Shown one piece after another: positions 1-9,902 of a stretch of DNA of 54,793 nucleotides (the first letter of the stretch is position 1; the number at the start of each line of letters is the position of its first letter). The position numbers and the translations under genes are program-made. Origin of the DNA: Candidatus Collierbacteria bacterium (GTDB taxonomy: Bacteria; Patescibacteriota; Microgenomatia; UBA1400; MFAQ01); contig CAISLM010000033.1 of assembly GCA_903886255.1 (NCBI GenBank), forward strand, positions 1 to 54,793, written 5' to 3'. The notes below the pieces were generated by a model. The model made no database searches. It saw only the letters and a program-made list of their open reading frames with translations, and was not told where the DNA came from.

Positions 1-363
1 CTGGTTCTTTTTATCCGCCAGCTGGATTTTCAAGGCAAAAAATACACTTTCGTTGGAATTGGCGGCGTTGTTACTCATATAGACTATCGGCACAGAGGTT
101 TTGCCACCAAACTTCTCCAAAAGTCTCTAGCCAAAGTATCAAATTGTGATTTTGCTCTCTTGGCAACAGATGTGGATAAAATAGGCCCACTTTATGAACG
201 GGTCGGTTTTGTTGCCCTCGATAGACCTTATTTATTTCTGGACAAAAATGGTCTTAAAAAGCCCGATCCGGGCGGAATGATAGCTCCGCTATCTTCCCCG
301 GAAGCGGTTGATTCTATACTCCACAGCCCCACAGAAATTTTTGTCGGTGCGAGTGCTTTTTAG
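1..363 (+). CDS. GNAT-family N-acetyltransferase (5'-truncated by window edge)
   Basis: Frame 1 is open from base 1: LVLFIRQLDFQGKKYTFVGIGGVVTHIDYRHRGFATKLL. It carries acetyl-CoA motif A (V.T...YRHRG.A) and later LYERVGF. The ORF track only caught 160..363. Confidence 0.8.
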   Translation: MVLFIRQLDFQGKKYTFVGIGGVVTHIDYRHRGFATKLLQKSLAKVSNCDFALLATDVDKIGPLYERVGFVALDRPYLFLDKNGLKKPDPGGMIAPLSSPEAVDSILHSPTEIFVGASAF

Positions 364-417
364 TTCCGTCGCCCCATTTATGCTAAAGTTTATTTAGTTA
401 TAATTTTCGCCCGCCCT

Positions 418-1503
418 ATGGTAAATTTTTCGATAAATGGTTTTGGAAGAATCGGTCGTTCAGCGACAAGAGTTTGGTTGCAAAGCCACCTTGACGATGC
501 CAATCTTGTAGCTATCAATACTTCAGGCTCATTAAACGTATCCGGATGGGCGCATCTTCTTCGCTTTGATACTGCTTACGGCATACTTCCCTACCCAATA
601 TCATCCGAAGAAGTTCAACAACCAAGCGATGTTACCGATGATAAACCTCTTCTTGGCTACATCACCATCGAACATCCCAATAAAACCCTAAGAATCCCCG
701 TTTTGGCTCAAAGAGACCCTGCTAAAATCCCATGGTCCCAATATGGAGCTGAGATTGTTATCGAATCAACAGGTGCCTTTACCAGTCTGGAAAAGGCCAT
801 TCTTCACCTTCAGGGTGGTGCCAGATATGTCATCCTTTCTGCTCCCGCCAAAGGTGCCGGTGTGCCTACCGCCGTCCTGGGTGTAAATGACCAAGAAGTC
901 ATTGTCAAAGATCGCACAGGTACAATTTCGGTTATCAGTAACGCCTCTTGCACTACCAATAGCGTCGCCCCCGTGGCTGATATTCTCCATGACAAGGTTG
1001 GAATCCTTAAAGCTATGCTAACTACAGTTCACGGCTACACTGATGATCAAAATCTTCAAGACAATTCCCACAGAGACCTTCGCCGCGCCCGAGCCGCCGC
1101 CCAAAACATCGTACCCACAAGTACCGGAGCCGCCATTGCTGCGACACAAGCCATTCCCGAGCTTCAGGGGTTGTTTGATGGTATTTCACTTCGTGTCCCT
1201 GTAATCACCGGCTCAATTACCGATTTCACTTTTGTTACTCGAAGATCGACTTCAGTCGAAGAAGTTAATCAAATATTTATGGACGCAGCCAACGATCCTC
1301 GTTATCGTGGAATTTTGGCTGTCACTGACGAACCGCTTGTTTCCTCCGATATTGTTGGCCGCCCCGAATCTAGTATCGTCGATATGGATATGACCAGAGT
1401 TGTCGATGGTACTCTCGTAAAAGTTTTGGCTTGGTACGACAACGAATGGGGCTACTCCAATCGCCTAGTAGAAGAAGTCATCAAAGCCGGCGATCTTTAT
1501 TAA
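418..1503 (+). CDS. gap: Glyceraldehyde-3-phosphate dehydrogenase, type I
   Basis: INGFGRIGR Rossmann motif, catalytic ASCTTN, AAAQNIVPTSTGAA, WYDNEWGYS. Confidence 0.98.
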   Translation: MVNFSINGFGRIGRSATRVWLQSHLDDANLVAINTSGSLNVSGWAHLLRFDTAYGILPYPISSEEVQQPSDVTDDKPLLGYITIEHPNKTLRIPVLAQRDPAKIPWSQYGAEIVIESTGAFTSLEKAILHLQGGARYVILSAPAKGAGVPTAVLGVNDQEVIVKDRTGTISVISNASCTTNSVAPVADILHDKVGILKAMLTTVHGYTDDQNLQDNSHRDLRRARAAAQNIVPTSTGAAIAATQAIPELQGLFDGISLRVPVITGSITDFTFVTRRSTSVEEVNQIFMDAANDPRYRGILAVTDEPLVSSDIVGRPESSIVDMDMTRVVDGTLVKVLAWYDNEWGYSNRLVEEVIKAGDLY

Positions 1504-1512
1504 AATATTCTT

Positions 1513-2208
1513 TTAAACCTTTAAATGGTCTTGATACTTAACGTATTTATACTTCAGATAGGGAGCCTGACCAATGTTTTGATAAATAAATCCAGCAAGA
1601 TCAACTGCGTTTCTCCAGTTATACCTCAATCTGAAAGCACCATAGCCAAACGAGATTGAACTTTTTATTAATGGAAACTTTCCTAGGATTTTGTTCGCTA
1701 GTTGTTCCAAAAATATTTTACTTCCGCTTGTAAAAATAACATCTAAACGTCTATCCATAGGTTTCCCGATACTTATACACCCATCACCATCAAAATACCC
1801 TCTTAAAAAATAACTGAAATATTTTTCAGGTACATTAGGCATTTGAATAACCAGTGATTTTCTTTGGCACAACCCCAACCCAATCAAATCGTTATAAATC
1901 AATTTGTTCCCGATTCTCATAAAATACGAAATCTGGCACCAAAATTCTTTTCCATTAATTTTCATCATATGAGGATACCGAACGTGAATTGTTTGCTGTC
2001 CCGACATCGCGCTCCTAATATCCATAAGAATATCAAAATCGTTATTTGCAATAGACAAATAGCACGCCCTGGACGATTCCAGACAATTCTCCACAGCACC
2101 ATCAGCATAAATAAACCCCAATACATAGGCCATTTTTGGCGACCAGGCTTTAAAGAAATCTTCATTTACTTTCTTACGATTATGTCCGCCTCGATTATCT
2201 CTTTCCAC
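1513..2208 (-). CDS. Free-standing double-motif LAGLIDADG endonuclease-family protein
   Basis: Two LAGLIDADG helices, AYVLGFIYADGAV and YFLRGYFDGDGCI. Start moved to the in-frame GTG at 2208 because the longer ORF (to 2319) runs through tRNA-Cys. Confidence 0.85.
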   Translation of the reverse strand: MERDNRGGHNRKKVNEDFFKAWSPKMAYVLGFIYADGAVENCLESSRACYLSIANNDFDILMDIRSAMSGQQTIHVRYPHMMKINGKEFWCQISYFMRIGNKLIYNDLIGLGLCQRKSLVIQMPNVPEKYFSYFLRGYFDGDGCISIGKPMDRRLDVIFTSGSKIFLEQLANKILGKFPLIKSSISFGYGAFRLRYNWRNAVDLAGFIYQNIGQAPYLKYKYVKYQDHLKV

Positions 2209-2253
2209 ATATCCATTATTACCAAACAAAACCCAAATATCAAGTAAAAATTG

Positions 2254-2325
2254 AGGCCGGAGAGGGAATCGAACCCTCGCATAAGAGTTTTGCAGACTCC
2301 AGTGTTTCCACTTCACCATCCGGCC
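2254..2325 (-). tRNA. tRNA-Cys (GCA)
   Basis: Reverse complement GGCCGGA TG GTGAAGTGGAAACAC T GGAGT CTGCAAA ACTCT TATGC GAGGG TTCGATT CCCTC TCCGGCC T gives a full cloverleaf with U discriminator. CCA is not encoded (followed by CAA). Confidence 0.96.
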
Positions 2326-2417
2326 AATGTACGCACTATTTTATCATTACCTAAGATGTAAAATAATAAAATTCCACTTTCTTAAAATTATCATAATCTG
2401 TTATCATAGAATCAACC

Positions 2418-3299
2418 ATGAAGACAAACTTTATAAGGCTAATCCCCATCCTTGTTTTTTCTGTCCTTCTTGCCGGCTGTGATTTGAACCCATTTGCCAA
2501 GAAAGCCGGAATCCAAGTAACCGCCCATCCGGAAGCCAATGTTAGCATCAATGGCCAATCTGTCGGCAAAACCCCTGTCTATATCGATAACGAAAAAGCC
2601 GGAACTTACACTGTCCAAATGACCGCAGTCGATAGTGGCCAGACCTGGGAAGGAAAAGTAAATTTGCTCGGAGGAACTCTAACCACTGTAAATCGAGAGT
2701 TTGGTGATACTCCAGATAAATCCCACAGTTATTCTCTATCATTTGAAAAACTAAGTAGTAGCAAGGCCGCTGCTGTTAGTATTGTTAGTCTCCCCGCTAA
2801 CGCCACCATAAGTATCGATGGCAAACCCCAAGGTTTTACTCCCTTAAGTGTCGATATCGATTCCGGCCCCCACGTTTTTACCTTTACCGCTCCCGGCTTT
2901 CAAGACAAAATTGTCAATGCCTCTGTTCAGCCCGGATATCGCCTCGTTCTAAACTTTACTATGGCCGCTCTGGACATTACCCCCACCCCGACTCCAACCA
3001 TCGCTACTCCCTCAGCCGGTCTCGTCACCCCTCCTAAAACAGTCACTCCTCTCCCCAAACAAGCTTCCTCCTCAGCAACAGTTATGACCAAGCCCTATGT
3101 CGAAATACTCACTACTCCAACCGGCTGGTTAAAAGTCCGTGAAACTCCATCAACCACAGCGACGGAATTGGCCAAGGTCAACCCCGGTGATAAGTTTCCC
3201 TACAAAGCCGACCTCTCCACCGGCAGCTGGTACCAAATTGAATACGTGACCGGGCAATGGGGCTTCATCTCCTCCAGCTACGCCAAACTATTTAAGTAA
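2418..3299 (+). CDS. Lipoprotein-like protein with PEGA domains and C-terminal SH3b domain
   Basis: Lipobox LLAGC, PEGA-type segments (ANVSING..VGKTP; ATISIDG...GFTP), PT-rich linker, SH3b-like WLKVRETPS...WYQIEY...GWGFISSSY. Confidence 0.8.
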   Translation: MKTNFIRLIPILVFSVLLAGCDLNPFAKKAGIQVTAHPEANVSINGQSVGKTPVYIDNEKAGTYTVQMTAVDSGQTWEGKVNLLGGTLTTVNREFGDTPDKSHSYSLSFEKLSSSKAAAVSIVSLPANATISIDGKPQGFTPLSVDIDSGPHVFTFTAPGFQDKIVNASVQPGYRLVLNFTMAALDITPTPTPTIATPSAGLVTPPKTVTPLPKQASSSATVMTKPYVEILTTPTGWLKVRETPSTTATELAKVNPGDKFPYKADLSTGSWYQIEYVTGQWGFISSSYAKLFK

Positions 3300-3341
3300 T
3301 AGACTTTTCGTTCGATAAATTCTTATTCTTGGTTCCCGTTT

Positions 3342-4274
3342 CTACGGCAAGTAATAAAGCACCCCAACTACCATCACTACCCAAAGCCCTACAGTTGCAA
3401 TTAATGGTTTATCTGAAAGCAATATTCTTTCCGGACTTTCCCCTTCGTTTTTTTCATAAATAAGCTGCAAATATCTCATGATTCCATAAACCACAAAAGG
3501 GATGGTTATCATCATCCACTTTTCTGACAAAAGAGTGTTTGGAAGTAACAAAATGATCTTCAATGCCCTTCCTGTTGGAATAATCTTGGGATGATTAAAA
3601 GTAAATAAAGAATACGTAATCCAGGTTGCGGTTGCAAACATGGCCGTGTAAATATCTAGAAGCTGCTCGGTATAGTGTTTCAGGGTCTCTCTAGTGGCCA
3701 CCGACTTGCCCTGAGAGATCAAAAGGGTCATCTCTCCTCTTCGTTTACCCACAGCCAAAAATAGAGATGCAGAAATTATAGTCAACAAAAACCAAACATC
3801 CATATGTGCCGAAATTACAAAAGCACCGGCGTAAATTCGAATCAAATATCCCAAGGCAATTACTATCACATCAATGATCGCCACCTTTTTCAAATAGAGC
3901 GTATACAAAACCTGTATCGAAAGATAAACCAAACAACTAATAAAGAAAAAGAAATTCAAAGTATATGCCCAAGACAAGCCGACAAAAGCACCCACAATTA
4001 CTGCCAAAAATGCAATTGAAACCGGTAATTCGCCGGAAGCGATTGGTCTTTTTTTCTTGAACGGATGAAGCCGGTCGGTTTTTATATCCAGTAAATCGTT
4101 AAAAATATAAGTGGTGCTCGATAAAACAATGAACACAAAAAATGCTTGCGTTACCAATCCAAATGCACCGGGTTCGTATAAAAGCCCCGTAAAAATCAAA
4201 GCCCCGTATAGAGCAAAGTTTTTTAACCATTGTCTTGGCCTTACTGTTTTGAGAAGCGCGATGAGTATTGCCAT
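3342..4274 (-). CDS. UbiA-family prenyltransferase (decaprenyl-phosphate phosphoribosyltransferase-like)
   Basis: RPRQWLKN, YIFNDLLDIKTDRLHPFKKKRPIASG, LFLAVGKRRGE; multi-TM. Confidence 0.9.
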   Translation of the reverse strand: MAILIALLKTVRPRQWLKNFALYGALIFTGLLYEPGAFGLVTQAFFVFIVLSSTTYIFNDLLDIKTDRLHPFKKKRPIASGELPVSIAFLAVIVGAFVGLSWAYTLNFFFFISCLVYLSIQVLYTLYLKKVAIIDVIVIALGYLIRIYAGAFVISAHMDVWFLLTIISASLFLAVGKRRGEMTLLISQGKSVATRETLKHYTEQLLDIYTAMFATATWITYSLFTFNHPKIIPTGRALKIILLLPNTLLSEKWMMITIPFVVYGIMRYLQLIYEKNEGESPERILLSDKPLIATVGLWVVMVVGVLYYLP

Positions 4275-5314
4275 AAAACGAACACTGTCATTAATATTAC
4301 CAATCCTATCATGATTAGAAGCTTCGTTCTAGCTTCAAAACTCAAAGCAGCCACACCAAGAACCACTGCAGCCAGCCAATAAAACAAAGCAATTCTTCTT
4401 TTTCCCCAACCCATTGCCATCAATTTGTGGTGCAGATGGCTCTTATCCCCCCAGACGGGAGACTTGCCGGAAATTAATCTTTTTAGAACAATATATAAAA
4501 AATCTATCAAGGGAATTCCCAAGACAATAATTAAAGCCCCCACCTTTGCCGTTGCCAGTATTGATATCACTCCTAAAAGTAAACCGGCTAGAGACGTTGC
4601 CGAATAGCCCGGCATAATTTTTTGTGGATAAAAATGAAAAACTGTTAAGCCCGCGAAAGCCCCCGCGGTAGCAAACGCTAAGGTAGCCACCGGCCACTGA
4701 GCAATATCCGCGCTGTAGTTCAATGAAACCAAACCCAATACCACAGCCGCAATTGTGATTACACCACTGATTTGTCCGTCCACACCTGATGACCAATTGA
4801 TTGCATTCATTAGAGACGGAATCCATAAAAGTGCAAATAGATCGGCCAAGATCCATATCTGATGAAAACTTCCAAAAAGAAAAAACCCCAGTCTCGGCCA
4901 AGATAAATCAATTACTCCACCAAATGGATTACTAATGAAAGCAATTCCGATTCCCGACCCGACAATGATTAATGTCGCCAAAAAATTCATTCCCAATCTC
5001 GCATATGGATTAGAGCCCTTAATATCATCAACCAGCCCAACCACTACAGTAAGTAGTCCGGCCAAACCAATAGCCAACAAATGATTATCCGGTTTTAAAA
5101 GAAGCATCACAGTCACAGTTACTGCAAAAAATATCGGGATACCTCCCCCTTTTGGTACCGGTATCTTGTGAATATGCGCCGGATGGGGAGTTTTCTTTGG
5201 GTCGATAACCCAACCCATTTTTTTAAAAAACAAAATTGTCAGAGGCGTTATCACCAGGCTTATCAAAAGTGCCAAAAGAAATGGCAAAACAGTAATCATC
5301 AGTTGAGGATTCAT
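4241..5314 (-). CDS. MraY/WecA-family polyprenyl-phosphate sugar-phosphotransferase (glycosyltransferase family 4)
   Basis: PKGGG, VGLVDD, MNAINWSSGVDG, FYPQKIMPG, GDKSHLHHKL; multi-TM. Confidence 0.9.
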   Translation of the reverse strand: MNPQLMITVLPFLLALLISLVITPLTILFFKKMGWVIDPKKTPHPAHIHKIPVPKGGGIPIFFAVTVTVMLLLKPDNHLLAIGLAGLLTVVVGLVDDIKGSNPYARLGMNFLATLIIVGSGIGIAFISNPFGGVIDLSWPRLGFFLFGSFHQIWILADLFALLWIPSLMNAINWSSGVDGQISGVITIAAVVLGLVSLNYSADIAQWPVATLAFATAGAFAGLTVFHFYPQKIMPGYSATSLAGLLLGVISILATAKVGALIIVLGIPLIDFLYIVLKRLISGKSPVWGDKSHLHHKLMAMGWGKRRIALFYWLAAVVLGVAALSFEARTKLLIMIGLVILMTVFVLWQYSSRFSKQ

Positions 5315-5676
5315 ATATTTAGGAAAATCAGCATAATTTTTGCAAAACTCGCCACCATCAAAACCACCGCTATTAAAACACCAAGGCTAATCGTAGTTTG
5401 AACAGTGTTATCTCCCTTTCCTGCCCAACTGGCCAAAATTCTGGTTAAAAACAAAACAACTTCCATTCCCGCGAATATCCACACAAACCAAATTTTGTCT
5501 ACCAATTGTTTGTCACCTGAAGGAAAAGAATAAAGCCACGGCAATTGTGGGGGAAGTCGATTCCAAAAAAGTGCCAACACACCACCCATAATTAGCACCA
5601 AAATAACGCCAATCCAAAATAGCGTTGTAGAAGTTGGTATTTTTCGGCTTTCTGCCACAGCTTGAGTATATAACAA
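5311..5676 (-). CDS. Small membrane protein (DUF1648-like)
   Basis: Three hydrophobic segments, WNRLPPQLPWLYS motif, 4-bp overlap with the downstream gene. Confidence 0.65.
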   Translation of the reverse strand: MLYTQAVAESRKIPTSTTLFWIGVILVLIMGGVLALFWNRLPPQLPWLYSFPSGDKQLVDKIWFVWIFAGMEVVLFLTRILASWAGKGDNTVQTTISLGVLIAVVLMVASFAKIMLIFLNI

Positions 5677-5686
5677 TGAACCTTTA

Positions 5687-7192
5687 TTAAGCTTTTTTTT
5701 CGGTCACCCGGTACTCCATATATCTACCCATCATCAGCCTGGTATGTGCATCCAGCCCCGGTAATGCCGAAAAGAAAAAACCGACAACAGGCAGCAAAAT
5801 AAATTCAAAAGGTGAGACGATCTTTCTCCACCAGGGAAGATTTTTTACCTTAGGGCGGGATTTAAAATCTATCAAAATTATTGCCACCATACTGATTAGT
5901 GACAAAGTTAAAATTGCAGATGATACCTGAGGCAATGTTTTTCCCATCACGGTTCTGGAAAAAGTCGGATTCAAAAGGGGAGGTAGGTTAGCTGCTACTG
6001 TGATGATAAACCAATTTACCGGCCACATAAAATGATCCTCAACTACCTTGAATACTCTAATTGTTTTGTCCCAAAAGGGAGCTTCTGTATCCAGAATATA
6101 ACGCTTAATAATGTACGCGTCATCTGACGCTCCCCAGGCCCAGCGTTTTACTTGTTCATATGTATTTGTATAAGTACTCCAAAACCCTGTTGCCTCCGCC
6201 GCATCGGCAAACACGGAAATATACAATGGATCCACTTCCACTTTTCCCCCGGTAGCAAAATATGTCTTAAAGAAAATACGATAGTCTTCAGGAATCACAT
6301 CAGTATCCCAATAATCAATCGAATCCATTAGTTTCAGACTCATCGAATAAGTGGAAAAGTTAATTAACCGATCCGGTCTCGATAACTGGGCCATGTTCAA
6401 AACACTACTAAGGCGGTTAAACACTCTCATCGGCCAAGGGATCCGTTCGATGTTGTTATAAAACACAATCGCCCCTTGCCAAATCTTGTGATATCTATTC
6501 GGGTCATCCAGGAAAAAATACGTTAATGCCGCCAGATGGTTTGGGTGAAGTGCCACATCACAATCTACAGACGAAATCGTCATTTTATTTATATCCCAAT
6601 CCTTGTGTTTTTTAAGTTCCTTTTTAAACTCTTTTCCGGCCCATGCGGCATTACTGGATTTCCCCACCACTTCACCGGTTAAGTTTGCCGGATGATGGGT
6701 AAAAAATAATCCTGCGAATTTTCCGGCAAATGTTTTTCTTAGCAAATTTTCTCTTTCGTCATTTATCTCTTTTCCTGCCCTCTCCTCCATTGCAATAATT
6801 GGTATTATTTGCGCTGCACCAATTGTTTGTTTATCCAAAGCCTCCAATGTTCGCACCAATATTTCACCCGGTTCTTTGTAAGTTGGCAATACGATCACAT
6901 GCTTAACCTCTTTCCAATCGGCAAATCCTCGGACATCTCCCATCCAATCATATTTTTCCGCTGCCCGAATTCGGTAATACGACATTACAGCAGCGAGCGA
7001 CAACGTCATTGATCTATATAGCCAATAAACGTTAAAACCAATAATAAAATAGGCCACACCGACCGGCCAAAAAATTGAACCCCAAACGGGGAACAAAATA
7101 AATGACCAACTCACGAATCCTGGTAAAATTTCCAGAACTCTTTGGCTTCCGCGTGGATATTTATTTATAAGATATCTAAGGAATACAAACAT
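5687..7192 (-). CDS. Membrane glycosyltransferase family 2 (processive-type)
   Basis: LPTYKE, GKSSN, DCD (DxD), IPED and QVKRWAWG (QxxRW) motifs with N- and C-terminal TM helices. Confidence 0.88.
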   Translation of the reverse strand: MFVFLRYLINKYPRGSQRVLEILPGFVSWSFILFPVWGSIFWPVGVAYFIIGFNVYWLYRSMTLSLAAVMSYYRIRAAEKYDWMGDVRGFADWKEVKHVIVLPTYKEPGEILVRTLEALDKQTIGAAQIIPIIAMEERAGKEINDERENLLRKTFAGKFAGLFFTHHPANLTGEVVGKSSNAAWAGKEFKKELKKHKDWDINKMTISSVDCDVALHPNHLAALTYFFLDDPNRYHKIWQGAIVFYNNIERIPWPMRVFNRLSSVLNMAQLSRPDRLINFSTYSMSLKLMDSIDYWDTDVIPEDYRIFFKTYFATGGKVEVDPLYISVFADAAEATGFWSTYTNTYEQVKRWAWGASDDAYIIKRYILDTEAPFWDKTIRVFKVVEDHFMWPVNWFIITVAANLPPLLNPTFSRTVMGKTLPQVSSAILTLSLISMVAIILIDFKSRPKVKNLPWWRKIVSPFEFILLPVVGFFFSALPGLDAHTRLMMGRYMEYRVTEKKA

Positions 7193-7944
7193 AAGGCATT
7201 TTTTCCGGTCTGTTCTTCTATTTTTTGGGTATCTAAAGCCAGCTCTTTAGCTATCGCTGTAGCTACTATTTTAACATTTGCCGGTATATTTACTGTTCCC
7301 CGCACCGGTTCGGGTGCCAAATATGGGCTATCTGTTTCGATCAGGAGCCTGTTTAGGGGAACTTTGTGGAGTATTTCCCGCAGTCCAGCAGCCGACTTAA
7401 AGGTCACATTTCCTGCAAAACCGACGTAAAACCCCATTTTCAGCACAAACTTCAAGAACTTCTCGCTTCCGGCAAAACAGTGAAATTCCCCCCTCGGCAA
7501 GGTCCCCATTTTTGTCAAAATTTCGAAACACTCTTCCTCCGCCTCTCTCATATGAATCACCACCGGTAGTTTCAATCTGACCGCCAGCTCCATTTGTGCC
7601 GAAAAAATCTGAATCTGCTTTTCTTTTGTTTTCTTTTCTTTGTCCCAATAAAAATCCAAACCAATCTCGCCAATTCCGATCACTCTTTTTGAACCGCCTA
7701 CAATTTTTTCCAGCTCAGCGATCATTTCCTCCACATTGCCAACATTGTCAATATCCTCCGGATGAACCCCCACTGTTGCATATAATCCTTCTTGTTCCGC
7801 AATTGCCACCGCCCTTCTTGAGTCTTCGATCGAAGTTGACTGCAAAAACATCATTTCCACACCGGCATTATGCGCCTCATTAATCGTCTTTTTTACATCA
7901 ACAATTTTCGCGTCAGTCAGGTGGCAGTGTGTATCAATTAACAT
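7165..7944 (-). CDS. tatD: TatD-family DNase
   Basis: DTHCH, GVHP, GEIGLD, IHMR, HCF, ETDSP. Confidence 0.95.
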   Translation of the reverse strand: MLIDTHCHLTDAKIVDVKKTINEAHNAGVEMMFLQSTSIEDSRRAVAIAEQEGLYATVGVHPEDIDNVGNVEEMIAELEKIVGGSKRVIGIGEIGLDFYWDKEKKTKEKQIQIFSAQMELAVRLKLPVVIHMREAEEECFEILTKMGTLPRGEFHCFAGSEKFLKFVLKMGFYVGFAGNVTFKSAAGLREILHKVPLNRLLIETDSPYLAPEPVRGTVNIPANVKIVATAIAKELALDTQKIEEQTGKNALCLYSLDIL

Positions 7945-9358
7945 TTGCCGGCAATCTTTGGAATAAATTTTCCGATCTTTTTATTTCTTCCACGCCATAT
8001 TGTGCCATTATTTTTTCTGCGGTTGCGGGCATAAATGGAGCCAGATCCGTTCCAACTTGCCTAACTATTTTCACCAGTTCGGTTAAAGCTGTAACCTTCT
8101 CTTCACCCTCCAATTTCCAAACCTGTCTTTGATTAATTAAAGCGTCTGCACTTTTGATTAAATCCCAAATCACCGCCATCGCCTCATCAAATTTATAACT
8201 GTTTAATAAATCAACAACCTCTTTCCGGATGGTTAATTCTTCGGTAGGTACTTTAAGATTTTCCTTCTCCGACATTGCTGCCACCCTGGCACATAAATTT
8301 CCTATTCCGTTAGCCAAGCTCGCCTGAAATGCTTCTTCAAAACGATCTCTCGTCATATCCGAGTCTTCGAATACGGACAGTTCGGCTGTTAAGAAATATC
8401 GCACAGCATCGGTTCCGTATTTGGCCACATATTCCAAAGGGTCGATAACATTTCCAAGACTCTTACTCATTTTTTGCCCGTCCGATGTAATAAATCCTTC
8501 GACAATTACTTGTTTTGAAGTCGGCAGTCCGGCCGACATTAACATTGCCTGCCACATTGCAGTTTGCTGTCGCAGATTATCTTTCCCGCAAATCTGCACT
8601 CCAGGCCAAAAAGCGTTAAACTTTTCCGTGTTTTCCGGCCATCCCAAACAAGAAACATAATTAACCAGTGCATCAAACCAGACAAACATCACCTGGGTTT
8701 CGTCTCCCGGAACCGGAACTCCCCAGGGCATCTTTGCTTTCAGTCTGGAAATACTAAAATCCTGTAAACCATTCTCTACAAAAACTTTCATCTCATTCTG
8801 GCGGAATCCCGGTTGTACGAAATCGGGGTTCGCCTTGTAGAAACCCAATAATTTTTCCTGGTATTTGGAAAACCTGAAGAAATAATTTTCTTCTTCTCGA
8901 ATCTCTAGTTCCATCGTAGGATGTATCGGACACTTTCCGTCCACCAATTCCGAGTCGGTTTTTTCCAGTTCACACCCCACACAATATTTTATCTTGTAAC
9001 TCTTTTTATAGATATCGCCATTTGCGTCGCATCTTTTCCAAAACTCCTGAGCTGCTTTTATATGGTGTTCATCTGTAGTCCGGATAAAGTTGTCATAAGA
9101 CAAATTTAATGAATCTTTTAAAATTGAGAACTTGGCCGCGTTATCGTCACAATATTTCTGCGTATCGATTCCCAGCTCTTTAGCTTTTTGATATACCTTC
9201 TGTCCATGTTCATCGGTTCCGGTATTAAAGAAAACTTCATCTCCCAAAGCTCGATGTAGTCGAGCCATTACATCTGCGCGGACAATCTCCATCGCAAAGC
9301 CAATGTGCGGCTCTGCATTTACGTATGGTAATGTGGTTGTGATGTAATACTTTCCCAT
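7934..9358 (-). CDS. metG: Methionine--tRNA ligase (short monomeric type)
   Basis: TTLPYVN, HIGF, GTDEHG, YCVGCE...CPIH knuckle, WFDAL, KMSKS. Confidence 0.97.
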   Translation of the reverse strand: MGKYYITTTLPYVNAEPHIGFAMEIVRADVMARLHRALGDEVFFNTGTDEHGQKVYQKAKELGIDTQKYCDDNAAKFSILKDSLNLSYDNFIRTTDEHHIKAAQEFWKRCDANGDIYKKSYKIKYCVGCELEKTDSELVDGKCPIHPTMELEIREEENYFFRFSKYQEKLLGFYKANPDFVQPGFRQNEMKVFVENGLQDFSISRLKAKMPWGVPVPGDETQVMFVWFDALVNYVSCLGWPENTEKFNAFWPGVQICGKDNLRQQTAMWQAMLMSAGLPTSKQVIVEGFITSDGQKMSKSLGNVIDPLEYVAKYGTDAVRYFLTAELSVFEDSDMTRDRFEEAFQASLANGIGNLCARVAAMSEKENLKVPTEELTIRKEVVDLLNSYKFDEAMAVIWDLIKSADALINQRQVWKLEGEEKVTALTELVKIVRQVGTDLAPFMPATAEKIMAQYGVEEIKRSENLFQRLPANVN

Positions 9359-9379
9359 GCTCCAATTTTACCTTACTTG

Positions 9380-9414
9380 TGTCATTGCGAGGAGGTACTC
9401 CGACGCGGCATCCA
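9380..9414 (+). repeat. Short REP/RPE-like palindromic element (GTCATTGCGAG...GC(A)ATCC type)
   Basis: Intergenic TGTCATTGCGAGGAGGTACTCCGACGCGGCATCCA with inner GGAG-GTA-CTCC stem. It resembles a dispersed repeat family I recall; only one copy is in the window. Confidence 0.55.
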
Positions 9415-9419
9415 GGAAT

Positions 9420-9782
9420 TCATCCAAAGATCCTCTTTATTCTCCCCGAAATTTTGTCTGTCCATTCGGAAGCCCATTCTTCGGCCTTGATTCTCTTGAT
9501 CATTTCCTGCCATCCTGAATTCCCCAAATCTTCGGCTACAGACGCGATAGTGGCCGAGCTTACCTTCACATTGTTTTTTATATCTTCATAACTTCGTCCC
9601 TTGTCTAAATACACTGCAATTCCCAATCTCTTCAAAATTGCCATTCTTTCACCCTCGGTCAGAACATCATTCAAAACCATCTTTATTTCTTCCGGAGTAT
9701 CCAGCTCCGCCAATATTCCATACATCATCTCCGACAGTTGTTTCTCGATATTTTTGTTAAGGGGGTTGTTTGAAAGTTGCAT
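9420..9782 (-). CDS. TrpR-like (YerC/YecD) helix-turn-helix protein
   Basis: LTEGERMAILKRL...GRSYEDIKNNVKVSSATIASV, typical of the Trp-repressor family. Confidence 0.88.
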   Translation of the reverse strand: MQLSNNPLNKNIEKQLSEMMYGILAELDTPEEIKMVLNDVLTEGERMAILKRLGIAVYLDKGRSYEDIKNNVKVSSATIASVAEDLGNSGWQEMIKRIKAEEWASEWTDKISGRIKRIFG

Positions 9783-9902
9783 ATTCTGTCCAAATAATAA
9801 CTTTGATTAATTAAAGCACCTATTGTGCCTCATACATTTAATCTAGCATCTAATTAAGTTACCCGCAATGCAAAAACAATCATGTCAATTATCCCTCGCA
9901 AA

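Noticed and set aside
2209-2319. N-terminal extension of the LAGLIDADG ORF, or a tRNA intron
   Set aside because: The extension is read-through of the tRNA-Cys sequence. The tRNA is complete with a normal anticodon loop, so there is no intron.
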